This document shows, in pieces, positions 39,722 to 48,468 of a stretch of 64,000 nucleotides of DNA. Positions within the stretch are counted from its first letter, which is position 1. Every line of letters starts with the position of its first letter. The position numbers were made by a program, and so were the translations under genes. The notes beneath the pieces are model-generated. The model did no database searches, was not told where the DNA came from, and was given only the letters and a program-made list of their open reading frames with translations. Source of the DNA: a virus; the IMG/VR virus record IMGVR_UViG_3300026097_000009, positions 32,001 through 96,000 of that record; one strand, 5' to 3'.

Positions 39722-40771
39722 TTATCCTATTGTTAATGCAAATCTAATTGCAATATCATTTGCTTGTACTTCAGAAACAGCACCAGTTGTACCTGCTGGA
39801 CTTGCCCAGCTTATACCGTCCCAAATTTCTAAAGCACCTGAATCTGTATTATATCTAGTCATACCTATCTCTGCATATGCAGTTGGTCTATTTCCTGAAT
39901 CACCCACAGGAGGAACAAATCCGTTTGTACCAGCAATTTTAAAATAACCATCTCCTGACTGCTGTAAAATAGATATACTGTCCTCTACCGCATTTGTAAT
40001 AGTATTATCTAATATCTCAAAATTTCCTAAGTTAATACTACCGGATCCGTTTGCTTCTAAATTTAAATCACCCGTAGATGTAGTAATTTCGTTGTTTGCA
40101 AAATCTATATTACCTACTGTGAACGTATTTAAATTTAGGGTGTCGGCAAATAGATCGTTAGCATAAACATTTTGCCATTTAAAACTGTTTGATCCTAAAC
40201 TATAAGTGTTGTCTTGGTCAGGAATTAAATCACTGTTTATGCTTGCATTAATTTCAATCGAATCTGTAATCTCGTCACCAATAATAATGTTACCGCTTAT
40301 TGTAACATTACCTGTAACATCGATATTACCTGTAACTGTTAAATCGCCTTCGACATTAGCGGAACTTTGTATATCAACAATACCAGTTCCGCTCGGTCTT
40401 AATTCTAAATCACTGTTGCTTACAGTTGTGCTTATTACGTTGCCATTTAGTTCAATATCGTTTACAATAAAACGACTATGGTAAACTGTCGGTTCTAAAC
40501 CACTCGGAGCAAAAGAAATAGTATTGTTGGTGCTTACAATATCGTTCCCTGATATTGTGATTTCGCCAATGTCAAACTGTGTGTCAACATCAAGATTGGT
40601 TACTCGGGCAGTGCCGTTAACATCTAAATTATATTCAGGGGAAGAAGAGTTAATACCGATTCTGCGATCTGTAACGTCTAAATATAATAAATCCGTCTCA
40701 AATGCTAAGTCTACTCCTTCACGAAGTAGATTTGCTTTCAAGAGCGGACCGCTAATACGACCGACTGCCAT
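39722..40771 (-). CDS. Tail-fibre-like structural protein
   Basis: GRISGPLL..NL.R..VDLAF.TDLLYLDV start; P.G....RP....G.TRYNTD...LE..DG motif; ends IAIRFALTIG. Confidence 0.7.
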   Translation of the reverse strand: MAVGRISGPLLKANLLREGVDLAFETDLLYLDVTDRRIGINSSSPEYNLDVNGTARVTNLDVDTQFDIGEITISGNDIVSTNNTISFAPSGLEPTVYHSRFIVNDIELNGNVISTTVSNSDLELRPSGTGIVDIQSSANVEGDLTVTGNIDVTGNVTISGNIIIGDEITDSIEINASINSDLIPDQDNTYSLGSNSFKWQNVYANDLFADTLNLNTFTVGNIDFANNEITTSTGDLNLEANGSGSINLGNFEILDNTITNAVEDSISILQQSGDGYFKIAGTNGFVPPVGDSGNRPTAYAEIGMTRYNTDSGALEIWDGISWASPAGTTGAVSEVQANDIAIRFALTIG

Positions 40772-40896
40772 TTGCTCTCCTTACACCCGGGGATCCTGTC
40801 CCTCTAACCTAATTTTCATCCCTAAGGCTCTTTGCTGGTTAACCACAGTTTGTCCTGTAAGATTAATAGGTCGTTATCTTACATTAATAATATTTA
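40772..40896 (-). promoter_or_regulatory. Late promoter (40891-40896) followed by a ~115-nt structured 5' leader
   Basis: TAAATA, then stems UGUAAGAU/AUCUUACA, the UGGUUAACCA palindrome and GGGA/UCCC just before SD AGGAGA. Confidence 0.55.
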
Positions 40897-40910
40897 TCAA
40901 AAAAATGGAT

Positions 40911-41987
40911 TTAACCGAAGATGAGGCTGTAAATGTTGCCGAGATCTTCCATGATAGGTTCTGATATCACTCGACCTCCACCAGTTGCTACTTGGTATAC
41001 ACTACCGTCGAAGCATTCTAAATAACCAAGATCCGTATTCCATCGAGTATCGCCAACTTCTGGAGAAGTTCGTTCGTCTGTATCTCCTACCGGAACTACA
41101 AAACCATTTGTGCCTCCGAATTTAAGATAACCGTCGCCGGTATGTACTAATTCGTTTTTTGTATCTAACAAGTTGGTTATTATATTATCTGAACCGCTTG
41201 CTTCGAACTGCAAATCTTCTAAAGTAACAACACTGGTGTTTGAATTGAGCTGTAATGCATCGTTTGATTGAATTGTTTTAATTGTGTTTGGAGATTCTAC
41301 TAATACTTGATCACTTGTAATCAGATTGTCTACTGTTACGGTATCAACGCCGGCAAATGCATAAATGTGTATCTGTCCCCATCTTTTCGGATCAGTACCT
41401 AGACTAAATCTTTCTGTTTGTCCAGGTAAAATATCTTGTGAGAAATCAGGTGCGATTGCAACAGTGTCTATAGGATTATCGCCAAGTATTATAGTCCCTC
41501 CTGCGATAGTGAGATCTTGATCTGTGCTAATGTTCTGACCTACAGTTAAATCTCCGTTCACTGTAGTATCTGCTTGCATATCAACAATACCAGTTCCGCT
41601 GGTATCCATTTCTATATTCTCATCAGTACCTAAAGATTTAATATAATTGTCTTTAATTTGAAAACTCGGAGTTAGTGCTTTGCCCCATTCGATATAAGCA
41701 TCCGGACCTGTTGGTCTTATGTTTATTTCGCCTAAAGTTGTTGACCAAGTACTTTGATTATCTAAAGTCACTTTACCGAATATTGCGGTGTTCGTAGCTG
41801 TAAAATCGTCAGTTGTTCGAGAATTTCCCGACAAATCTAAGTCGTAATTAGGGCCGTCGGATTTTAAACCTACTCTACCATTTGCAACATCTAGGTAAAG
41901 TAAATCAGTATCGAATGCCAAGTCTACATCGTTTCGAATTAAGTTCGATTGCAGTAAAGGACCCGATATTCTACCTATCTGTGACAT
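40911..41987 (-). CDS. Tail-fibre-like structural protein, paralogue of 39722-40771
   Basis: Shared N-terminus GRISGPLLQSNLIRNDVDLAFDTDLLYLDV and C-terminal GTNGFV.PVGD motif. Confidence 0.7.
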   Translation of the reverse strand: MSQIGRISGPLLQSNLIRNDVDLAFDTDLLYLDVANGRVGLKSDGPNYDLDLSGNSRTTDDFTATNTAIFGKVTLDNQSTWSTTLGEINIRPTGPDAYIEWGKALTPSFQIKDNYIKSLGTDENIEMDTSGTGIVDMQADTTVNGDLTVGQNISTDQDLTIAGGTIILGDNPIDTVAIAPDFSQDILPGQTERFSLGTDPKRWGQIHIYAFAGVDTVTVDNLITSDQVLVESPNTIKTIQSNDALQLNSNTSVVTLEDLQFEASGSDNIITNLLDTKNELVHTGDGYLKFGGTNGFVVPVGDTDERTSPEVGDTRWNTDLGYLECFDGSVYQVATGGGRVISEPIMEDLGNIYSLIFG

Positions 41988-42490
41988 TAGTTTGCAAATC
42001 CAAATAGCAATGTTACGTTCTTGCCGAACGGTACAGGAGACGTGAATTGTATTCTTGTATCTCCAGGTGTTCCTAAATAATCATAAATCAATGTGTAATT
42101 TGTATCGCTAACTTGAAAAACGTTTTCAATTAATACAATAACATTTTCGGCGGCAGCTGGTTCAAAATCTAAAGGCCCGAACACAGTTTCAACTGCATCA
42201 CCAGGACCTAGTGTTTGTTTTTGTATAGCAGTAGCGCCAGGAGCTCTAACTATTTCCCATGCTCCACCTACATATGCTTCTATGCTGTCTGTATCAGTAT
42301 TATAACGAATTGTTCCGTTTGCGCCGCCTGCTTGTCTTATACCAGATAGTGTAGGACGTTCTGCTTCAGTTCCTTTTGGTAATCGCAAGCCTCCTGGAAT
42401 ATTCATTACAGCTCGTCCGGCGGCATTGACAAACAAATCCGTATCACTAGGACTAAATTTGTTTAGACTTGCTCCCTTTAAATACTTCAT
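41987..42490 (-). CDS. Virion structural protein
   Basis: LRLPKGTEAERP...GTIRYNTD...EAY.GG.W fibre motif; GDAVETVF..V.IENVFQ...Y beta domain. Confidence 0.65.
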   Translation of the reverse strand: MKYLKGASLNKFSPSDTDLFVNAAGRAVMNIPGGLRLPKGTEAERPTLSGIRQAGGANGTIRYNTDTDSIEAYVGGAWEIVRAPGATAIQKQTLGPGDAVETVFGPLDFEPAAAENVIVLIENVFQVSDTNYTLIYDYLGTPGDTRIQFTSPVPFGKNVTLLFGFAN

Positions 42491-42822
42491 ACCGGTAATG
42501 TACTCACTGTTATCGAAATCAAATTTCCTGAACTTGCTGTAGCTCTGATTTGATCTCCATCTTCTAAAACAATTTTTTCATCGGAAAAAATAACAGTTTC
42601 ACCTGCTGGAACAACTAATTGCGATACTACTGTATTTGTGATCGAAGTCACACCTCCGTCTGGTACTAAATTAATAGTAATATTTGAAGTGTTGACAGTT
42701 TCATCTGTAGCATCGGGTGTTCCTGTATTACAAATCATCATAGTTACAATAGCGTTATTACCACTACTTTCGTAAACTAATTCGTCACCTGTCGTTGTTA
42801 ATCTTGCACTACTAATTGCCAT
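42487..42822 (-). CDS. Small beta-sandwich virion adaptor, paralogue C
   Basis: VY.S......TMMICN...VPAGET.....EKIVLEDGDQI pattern. Confidence 0.6.
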   Translation of the reverse strand: MAISSARLTTTGDELVYESSGNNAIVTMMICNTGTPDATDETVNTSNITINLVPDGGVTSITNTVVSQLVVPAGETVIFSDEKIVLEDGDQIRATASSGNLISITVSTLPV

Positions 42823-42831
42823 TGTATAATC

Positions 42832-43785
42832 CTAAAATAACATGCTAAAAAGCAAAGCTTTATCTTTGCTGATAATTTCACCGTTCGATGACGGTCCTAC
42901 AAAATATAATCCTGTTCCGCCTGAGCTTATAGGGTTAGCATGCAACGTAGTATATCCGTTTGTATGAGCAGGCGCTGACCCTGTATGCTCTATGATAACG
43001 CCGGAAGAATTTATTTCAACTTTACCGGTATTATTAGTTCTAAAACTTATATTATCGTTTGTATTATTGTTAGTAATTTCAGAACCTAAAAATTCTAAAT
43101 CTTGTATTTCGGCTCTATTCGGATAAAATTTTGCACCTTGTAATCCATCAACAATGATTGCAACTTCACTTTCGCCAACTGCGCCACCTAGGTAATCAGT
43201 ATCACCTTCATCTGCATCAGAGGCAATTACTCGAGTGTCGCCTGTTCTTACCTGTCTTGCAGGATTATTCTGAATAGTATCATCTACATATTTTTTGTTT
43301 GGTATATCATCGTCATCAGTAACTTGATTTTCATAATTAGTGGTTCCTGTTACTTTAACTACTCCGGTACCAAACCCTATCAAAGTCAAATCGCCAAAAT
43401 CAGTATCTGCATCAGTTCTAATTCTTCTTACTCTTAAATTGCTATCTTGAAAATTATAACTGTCAACTGCTCCGGTTGCAATAAACCATGTATCACTTTC
43501 TTCATCAAAAGCAAAGCTTGCAGTACCAGATGATGCTGTACCTCTATCTATTTCGATACCACTATACCTTAAGCTAACGCCGTTGCCTGTTTCGCCGTAG
43601 TTTAAAGTAATAATGTTATCTTGAACCTGTAAATTTTCGGCTGAAACTGTAAGTGTATCACCATCAACTACAAGATTACCGGTAACACGGGTAATTCCTA
43701 CCCCTGCACCGGTATCTAGTGTTATGGTTTTAGTTTCGCCAGTGACAATATTAATATTGCCATTAGATTGGATAACTTTACCCAT
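42832..43785 (-). CDS. Virion structural protein (fibre-like)
   Basis: VTGNLVVDG.T.....L.VQDNIITLN.GE...G....SGIEIDRG, IPNKKYVDD; hydrophobic C-terminus KALLFSMLF. Confidence 0.65.
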   Translation of the reverse strand: MGKVIQSNGNINIVTGETKTITLDTGAGVGITRVTGNLVVDGDTLTVSAENLQVQDNIITLNYGETGNGVSLRYSGIEIDRGTASSGTASFAFDEESDTWFIATGAVDSYNFQDSNLRVRRIRTDADTDFGDLTLIGFGTGVVKVTGTTNYENQVTDDDDIPNKKYVDDTIQNNPARQVRTGDTRVIASDADEGDTDYLGGAVGESEVAIIVDGLQGAKFYPNRAEIQDLEFLGSEITNNNTNDNISFRTNNTGKVEINSSGVIIEHTGSAPAHTNGYTTLHANPISSGGTGLYFVGPSSNGEIISKDKALLFSMLF

Positions 43786-43799
43786 ATATCACCTTGCTG

Positions 43800-44246
43800 T
43801 TAAGCGCCTGGTCCGCCAACTTTTTCTGTTAGTAAAAGCTGATTGGAAGTTGAATCATCATCAACTGTCCACTTATAACGCTGATCATTAAAATCGACAG
43901 CAATTCTGTTGGTTAGCTTTTGAATAGTTACTGCCGCGGTATCGCCACCGTCGTCGACAAAATAACCAACAATAACCATTTCTCCTGCTTCTAGGCCTAA
44001 TGCAGTCGAATCATCACCCGATCCTGCTTTGTCTACCAAGCGACAAACTGCTTGTTCTCCGTCTTCTGAACTTTGAACTAGGAATCTGCGAGAAGATTTT
44101 TGCTTTACAATAAAAATATCAGATTCTGGATCTGCAATAGTCATTTTACCGCCGATAAAAGCCGCTTCGACTGGTATATTTGGATAATCTCCTTCAGAAC
44201 TACTTGTTTGTGTTCCGAAATACTTTTTGTTAATAGGACGTCCCAT
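43800..44246 (-). CDS. Hypothetical virion protein (start revised to 44246, MGRPINKKYFG)
   Basis: SD AAGGAGA before ATG 44246; IVKQKSSRRFLV motif; downstream of the major capsid gene. Confidence 0.7.
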   Translation of the reverse strand: MGRPINKKYFGTQTSSSEGDYPNIPVEAAFIGGKMTIADPESDIFIVKQKSSRRFLVQSSEDGEQAVCRLVDKAGSGDDSTALGLEAGEMVIVGYFVDDGGDTAAVTIQKLTNRIAVDFNDQRYKWTVDDDSTSNQLLLTEKVGGPGA

Positions 44247-44330
44247 TATTTTCTCCTTTATTAGAAGTCCGATGCGGGTTCTAGCCGCTACGGGGTGGGT
44301 CCCCCATAATATATCGAACACATGTATTTA
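44247..44330 (-). promoter_or_regulatory. Late promoter (44325-44330) plus structured 5' leader (three-way junction)
   Basis: GUUCGAU/AUCGGAC stem enclosing the hairpins AUGGGG/CCCCGU and GCGG/CCGC. Confidence 0.55.
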
Positions 44331-44597
44331 TTGCTTTGATAAATGTTTTAGTATTTCTATTCGTTCGACAGTTTTAACCAATTCATTAATTTTATATATT
44401 TCTGTTTCTGCTTTTTCTATATAGTGCCTACTTTTAGTATTACGATACTCAACCATATACTTGCTGTATGCCGTTATATGAGATTCTGCGGTAGATTGGA
44501 GACGTTCAACATCTTTGTTAAACATTGGATATTTTCTACGATATTTTTTTAAATGATTTCTCAGACGAGTAAAGTCATCTTCATCTTTAACTATCAT
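44328..44597 (-). CDS. Hypothetical basic helical protein
   Basis: 89-aa ORF; TAAATA at 44603-44608, 5 nt before the ATG. Confidence 0.65.
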   Translation of the reverse strand: MIVKDEDDFTRLRNHLKKYRRKYPMFNKDVERLQSTAESHITAYSKYMVEYRNTKSRHYIEKAETEIYKINELVKTVERIEILKHLSKQ

Positions 44598-44612
44598 AAA
44601 TGTATTTAAGTC

Positions 44613-44642
44613 AAAAAGAAAGGGCCTTGCGGCCCTTCTTTT
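44613..44642 (-). terminator. Rho-independent terminator after the major capsid gene
   Basis: AAGGGCC-GCAA-GGCCCUU followed by UCUUUUU on the - strand. Confidence 0.85.
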
Positions 44643-44660
44643 GTGTTACTCTAAAATATA

Positions 44661-45833
44661 TTAAGAGAAACGTAGGTTATTAGTTGTAACTTCAACTTTA
44701 CTCAGGTAGTCAGCCGCATTACCTAGAGATGATGCAGTGTTTGTTAACTCTACATAACCATATCTAGTCATGAAACTTACTACTGGCTCGAACGTTGATG
44801 GATCTAGTACAACACCGCTTGACATCAATGGGATGTATGGGCAGTAGAACGCAGGTGCGTCTGATTCGCTTGAACCTTTGTATCCAACAAGTACGTTGTC
44901 GTCTGTAGCATAACCGTTTACATATACTCTCATTGCACCGTTAAGTGTACCAACGAACTTAGTGTTAGTTGGAGCTTCGAAAGTACCTTCAGTTGTTCTT
45001 GCGAACGCTGAAGTTGTAGCACTTTGAAGAAGAGTTAATGTAGTTGGTGAAACGACAGCATAGTTACCAGCACCACGACGTGTACGCTGGGCAATTAAGT
45101 TTGCCGCTCTGTTGATTTGAACAGCAAGAGCCGCATGCTCGTCACCTACGAATGTAGCAGTACCAGAAACGGCTGCCTGATCGTATGTTAAAACAGTACC
45201 AGCTAGAGCATTCAAGCTTCCAATCACTTCCTGATCAATTTCAGCAGTAATTTCTTGTGCCAAAGCAGCCATAATCTCTGCTTCTACGTCGATACCTTGC
45301 TGAGCCTGTGCATCTTGCGCAGATTCAAAAGTCCAACGTGCAGAAAGCTTTCTTGACTTAGCTTCAACAGTTTGCTTCAAGATCTGAATGCTTAAACGAT
45401 TACCACCAGTACCTTCTAAAGCCGCTGTATTAGCTGCCTTATCATCAGCTGCCGCGCCTGAATAGCCTTCAGCAATCTTAAATGGTGATAGTGCTTCTTC
45501 GCCAGCAGTAGTATCAGTACCTGATGTGCTGTCAAAGTTGTCCGCATAACGAACACGTAGTGTGTGGATCTGACCCACTGGTCCAGTCATTGGCTGTACG
45601 CCTACCAATTCGTTAGCAATAACGGTTGGCATTACACGTCTGATCACTGGAAGGATCACACGATTTAGTGTTGCAACATTACCGGCGGAAGTAGCACCAG
45701 CGGTAGCACTTTCTGCAAGATACTTACGGGTATTTTCCAGAGTTGCTGCCATAACTGTGCGCTTGTTACCATTTAGACCTTCAAGTAGGGCCTCTTTGGT
45801 TTCCGACCAGCGTGACTCAAGTAGTTGTGACAT
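44661..45833 (-). CDS. gp23: Major capsid protein (T4 gp23 family), start revised to 45833
   Basis: IRRVMP.VIANELVGVQPMTGPVGQI, VEAKSRKLSARWT.E.AQD, EITAEIDQE, FYCPYIPL, FMTRYG; SD AGGAGA. Confidence 0.97.
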   Translation of the reverse strand: MSQLLESRWSETKEALLEGLNGNKRTVMAATLENTRKYLAESATAGATSAGNVATLNRVILPVIRRVMPTVIANELVGVQPMTGPVGQIHTLRVRYADNFDSTSGTDTTAGEEALSPFKIAEGYSGAAADDKAANTAALEGTGGNRLSIQILKQTVEAKSRKLSARWTFESAQDAQAQQGIDVEAEIMAALAQEITAEIDQEVIGSLNALAGTVLTYDQAAVSGTATFVGDEHAALAVQINRAANLIAQRTRRGAGNYAVVSPTTLTLLQSATTSAFARTTEGTFEAPTNTKFVGTLNGAMRVYVNGYATDDNVLVGYKGSSESDAPAFYCPYIPLMSSGVVLDPSTFEPVVSFMTRYGYVELTNTASSLGNAADYLSKVEVTTNNLRFS

Positions 45834-45844
45834 TTTTGTTCTCC

Positions 45845-46942
45845 TCAAACCTTTAGTCCCGCAAGCCTGCGGATATCAAATACTTCGGCAGTGTTCACTT
45901 CACTACCAGTTGATTGTGCCTTTGTTTTTTTGTCGCCTGTAATTTCTTTTGCCTCTGTTAACGCTTGTTTTGCTGGTTTACCGCCATCCATTACGGAAGG
46001 CATATACTTATCAAACTGTTTGCGTAACTTGTCAGTTTGAACAGATTCTAGTAAATCTTTCATGACTTCTCTTTTTTCACTGTTTAACGGTGCAAGAAGT
46101 TCGTTCATAACATTACTTCTTTCAATAGAGTCATTGATAGATTTGATTTCATGATCTTTCGATTCTAATAAATCCCTAGTTTCAGCAACAACTTTCGCCG
46201 CTTCTTCTAGCTCTTGTGTTTTTTGATTCACAACTTTTAGCAGTTTAGCGGTTTCGGATTTTTCATTAAGATAACTCGTGTTATATTCAGTAGCGAAAGC
46301 TTCAAAAATTCTACGACCAAAGTCATTCTGTCTTGCAGATTCAATATCTTCTTTAAGTTGATTAATTTCACCTTTAAGTGTTTTAGATACTGTTTCTGAA
46401 ACCATGCTTGATGCAGTTTTAATAAACTTATTCTTAACTTCATCAAACTTAGCTTTGTTTTCTTTAACAAGCTTAACTTTAGTTTCGGCAAGATCTTGTT
46501 TATCTTCGTAAAATTCAGCTATTTCTTTAGCTAAAGCTTCGACAATAAATTCTTCTAGCTTTTGAATATTATTTGCAACAGAATTGCGATCTTCATGAAG
46601 TTCTGCTATTTCACCTTTTAAATTCTGCAAAACAAAAGCTTCCATAGCCTGTGTATCTTGCTTCATTTTTTGTGCATAGCGAGCTCTTGCTTCAATCAAA
46701 CCCTCACGATCAGCATTGAATTCTTCAAGTTCGCCTTGTAATCTTTCAGACAACATTGACTCAATGGCTTCGACCATTGTAGATTTGTCATGCTCATACT
46801 TTGTTGCAAACTCTTCGCGTAATTCTGTAGCTACCTGTTCACGGTTTTCTTGAATCTTGCTTTCCCAAGCAGTTTCAATTTCCGATTTAATTTCTTCGGA
46901 AATCACATTGTTCTCGAATAAATCTTTTACTATGTCAATCAC
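45845..46942 (-). CDS. gp22: Prohead core scaffold protein (T4 gp22-like)
   Basis: Long acidic coiled coil between protease and MCP; FGRRIFEAF motif. Confidence 0.8.
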   Translation of the reverse strand: MIDIVKDLFENNVISEEIKSEIETAWESKIQENREQVATELREEFATKYEHDKSTMVEAIESMLSERLQGELEEFNADREGLIEARARYAQKMKQDTQAMEAFVLQNLKGEIAELHEDRNSVANNIQKLEEFIVEALAKEIAEFYEDKQDLAETKVKLVKENKAKFDEVKNKFIKTASSMVSETVSKTLKGEINQLKEDIESARQNDFGRRIFEAFATEYNTSYLNEKSETAKLLKVVNQKTQELEEAAKVVAETRDLLESKDHEIKSINDSIERSNVMNELLAPLNSEKREVMKDLLESVQTDKLRKQFDKYMPSVMDGGKPAKQALTEAKEITGDKKTKAQSTGSEVNTAEVFDIRRLAGLKV

Positions 46943-46957
46943 TGTGATTCTCCTACT

Positions 46958-47581
46958 TTACTTGAGCCCTGAAATTATATTTTTCAAAGCTTCAGCGATG
47001 TACTTTTGTGCCTTTGGATCGCCTTGGACTTCTTTCGAAGTTAAAATTGCCTTATAACCCCCGTCGGTATTCATTAAATGTTCATACACTGGGGTTGGAT
47101 ATGCTCCCGGAGCACTTGGTTGAGCAACAATATCAACTGTAATGATTTCAAAACCTTTAACATTGCCGCCACCGTCGACTTCTCCCGAACCTCTACTAGA
47201 AACGCCTAATTTTACACCGCTTTCTAGCATCGTTTGAACGAGCTGTCCCATAGGTGTTGGAATAATTTTAAGCTTTCCATACCCATTAGGACCGTCCATC
47301 CACATTTTTGTGATCATATGACTAACACGATCTAAATTAATTTTCAAATCGTCTGGATGATCAACTTCACCACATACAGAATATCCACCTGATACTTGTT
47401 CATTGAGCGTGTTTACAGCCGTTCTAATTTCATCAGAGGAATATACCCTTTGATTTTGATTGCGAATATCGCCTTGTATACAAATACCAGACATATACAA
47501 AGACTTTGTTTCGCCCTCATCACGCTCCAACACAATTTGTGCTTGATCAAACGACAAATGTTCGCTGAGTGGTTGTCTCAC
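46958..47581 (-). CDS. gp21: Prohead protease (T4 gp21)
   Basis: NQNQRVY, GEVDHP, INLDRVSH, GVSSRGSG, DIVAQPSAPGA. Confidence 0.95.
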   Translation of the reverse strand: MRQPLSEHLSFDQAQIVLERDEGETKSLYMSGICIQGDIRNQNQRVYSSDEIRTAVNTLNEQVSGGYSVCGEVDHPDDLKINLDRVSHMITKMWMDGPNGYGKLKIIPTPMGQLVQTMLESGVKLGVSSRGSGEVDGGGNVKGFEIITVDIVAQPSAPGAYPTPVYEHLMNTDGGYKAILTSKEVQGDPKAQKYIAEALKNIISGLK

Positions 47582-47597
47582 TTATTTCTCCTGATTC

Positions 47598-48407
47598 TTA
47601 CTTGAATAAGCTATTCTTGTTATCAGCTTGCTCTGCAGAACCTTTCTTTTCAGCACCGTGTCCGGGCTCATTACTCATTTTAGTTGCGTTTTTAGAACCT
47701 GGAGTATTAACATTACCAGTGTTCATGTCTTTAGGTGAATTGCTCGAAAGTCCGCTTTCACTACCACCTTTAGCTTCTTCAGCTTGGTTTAAATTGCTTG
47801 CTGTTCCGCCCATATCATTTTTCATATTGTCAATTGTGCTTTTCTTGTTGTCAGCTGATTCTGCTGAACCTTTTTGCTCTGCACCGTGACCGCCTGCAAC
47901 CCTATCTACATACTCTTTAATAGTTGCAAGTTCATCGTATTCTTCTTTGCTTTCAAAAGAAAAATCTTCTTCAGTTTCTTCAGCGTCCATATCCATATCC
48001 ATGTCATCTTCGCCGTTACCTTGGAGTTCATCAAACTTTGCTTGAAGTTCGTCAACAATACTTTCTAGATCTTGGAAAAGTTCGTCGGTATCTTCTTCAC
48101 CTTCGTCATCATCCATATCCATTTCTTCTTCGTCGTCTACATCATTAATCAAGTCATCTGCAGGATCGACAGTATCGTCATCTTCTTCGTCAAGATCTAA
48201 TTCTAAAAAAGACTCTTCAACTTCTTCTTTATCCTCGTCCTCTTCCTCGTCTTCCTCTTCTAGGTCTTCAACGTTTTCGTCTAAAAGAGTTTCGTAAATT
48301 TCACGAGACTTTTCAACCACATACTGATGGAAAAGCTCTTCTGCTTTTTCTTTGTCTTCATTAACAAGATGCTCTAGCATCTGTTCTAATAGATTGTTAT
48401 CCGCCAT
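47598..48407 (-). CDS. Highly acidic prohead core protein (gp67/gp68-like position)
   Basis: Very D/E-rich; lies between portal and protease; late promoter at 48441-48446; SD AAGGAGA. Confidence 0.65.
   Translation of the reverse strand: MADNNLLEQMLEHLVNEDKEKAEELFHQYVVEKSREIYETLLDENVEDLEEEDEEEDEDKEEVEESFLELDLDEEDDDTVDPADDLINDVDDEEEMDMDDDEGEEDTDELFQDLESIVDELQAKFDELQGNGEDDMDMDMDAEETEEDFSFESKEEYDELATIKEYVDRVAGGHGAEQKGSAESADNKKSTIDNMKNDMGGTASNLNQAEEAKGGSESGLSSNSPKDMNTGNVNTPGSKNATKMSNEPGHGAEKKGSAEQADNKNSLFK
47610..47891 (-). repeat. 18-aa intragenic direct repeat GHGAE(Q/K)KGSAE(S/Q)ADNK(K/N)S
   Basis: Two copies at about 47838-47891 and 47610-47663. Confidence 0.85.
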
Positions 48408-48468
48408 GGTATTCTCCTTGATGATTAGGCTGCTGTGTATTATTTACATGATTGTAACATTTTCTGCT

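Noticed and set aside
40805-40860. Canonical c-di-GMP-I riboswitch
   Set aside because: Only partial resemblance; the GNRA tetraloop, its receptor and the conserved P1 nucleotides were not identifiable. Kept only as an unknown structured leader.
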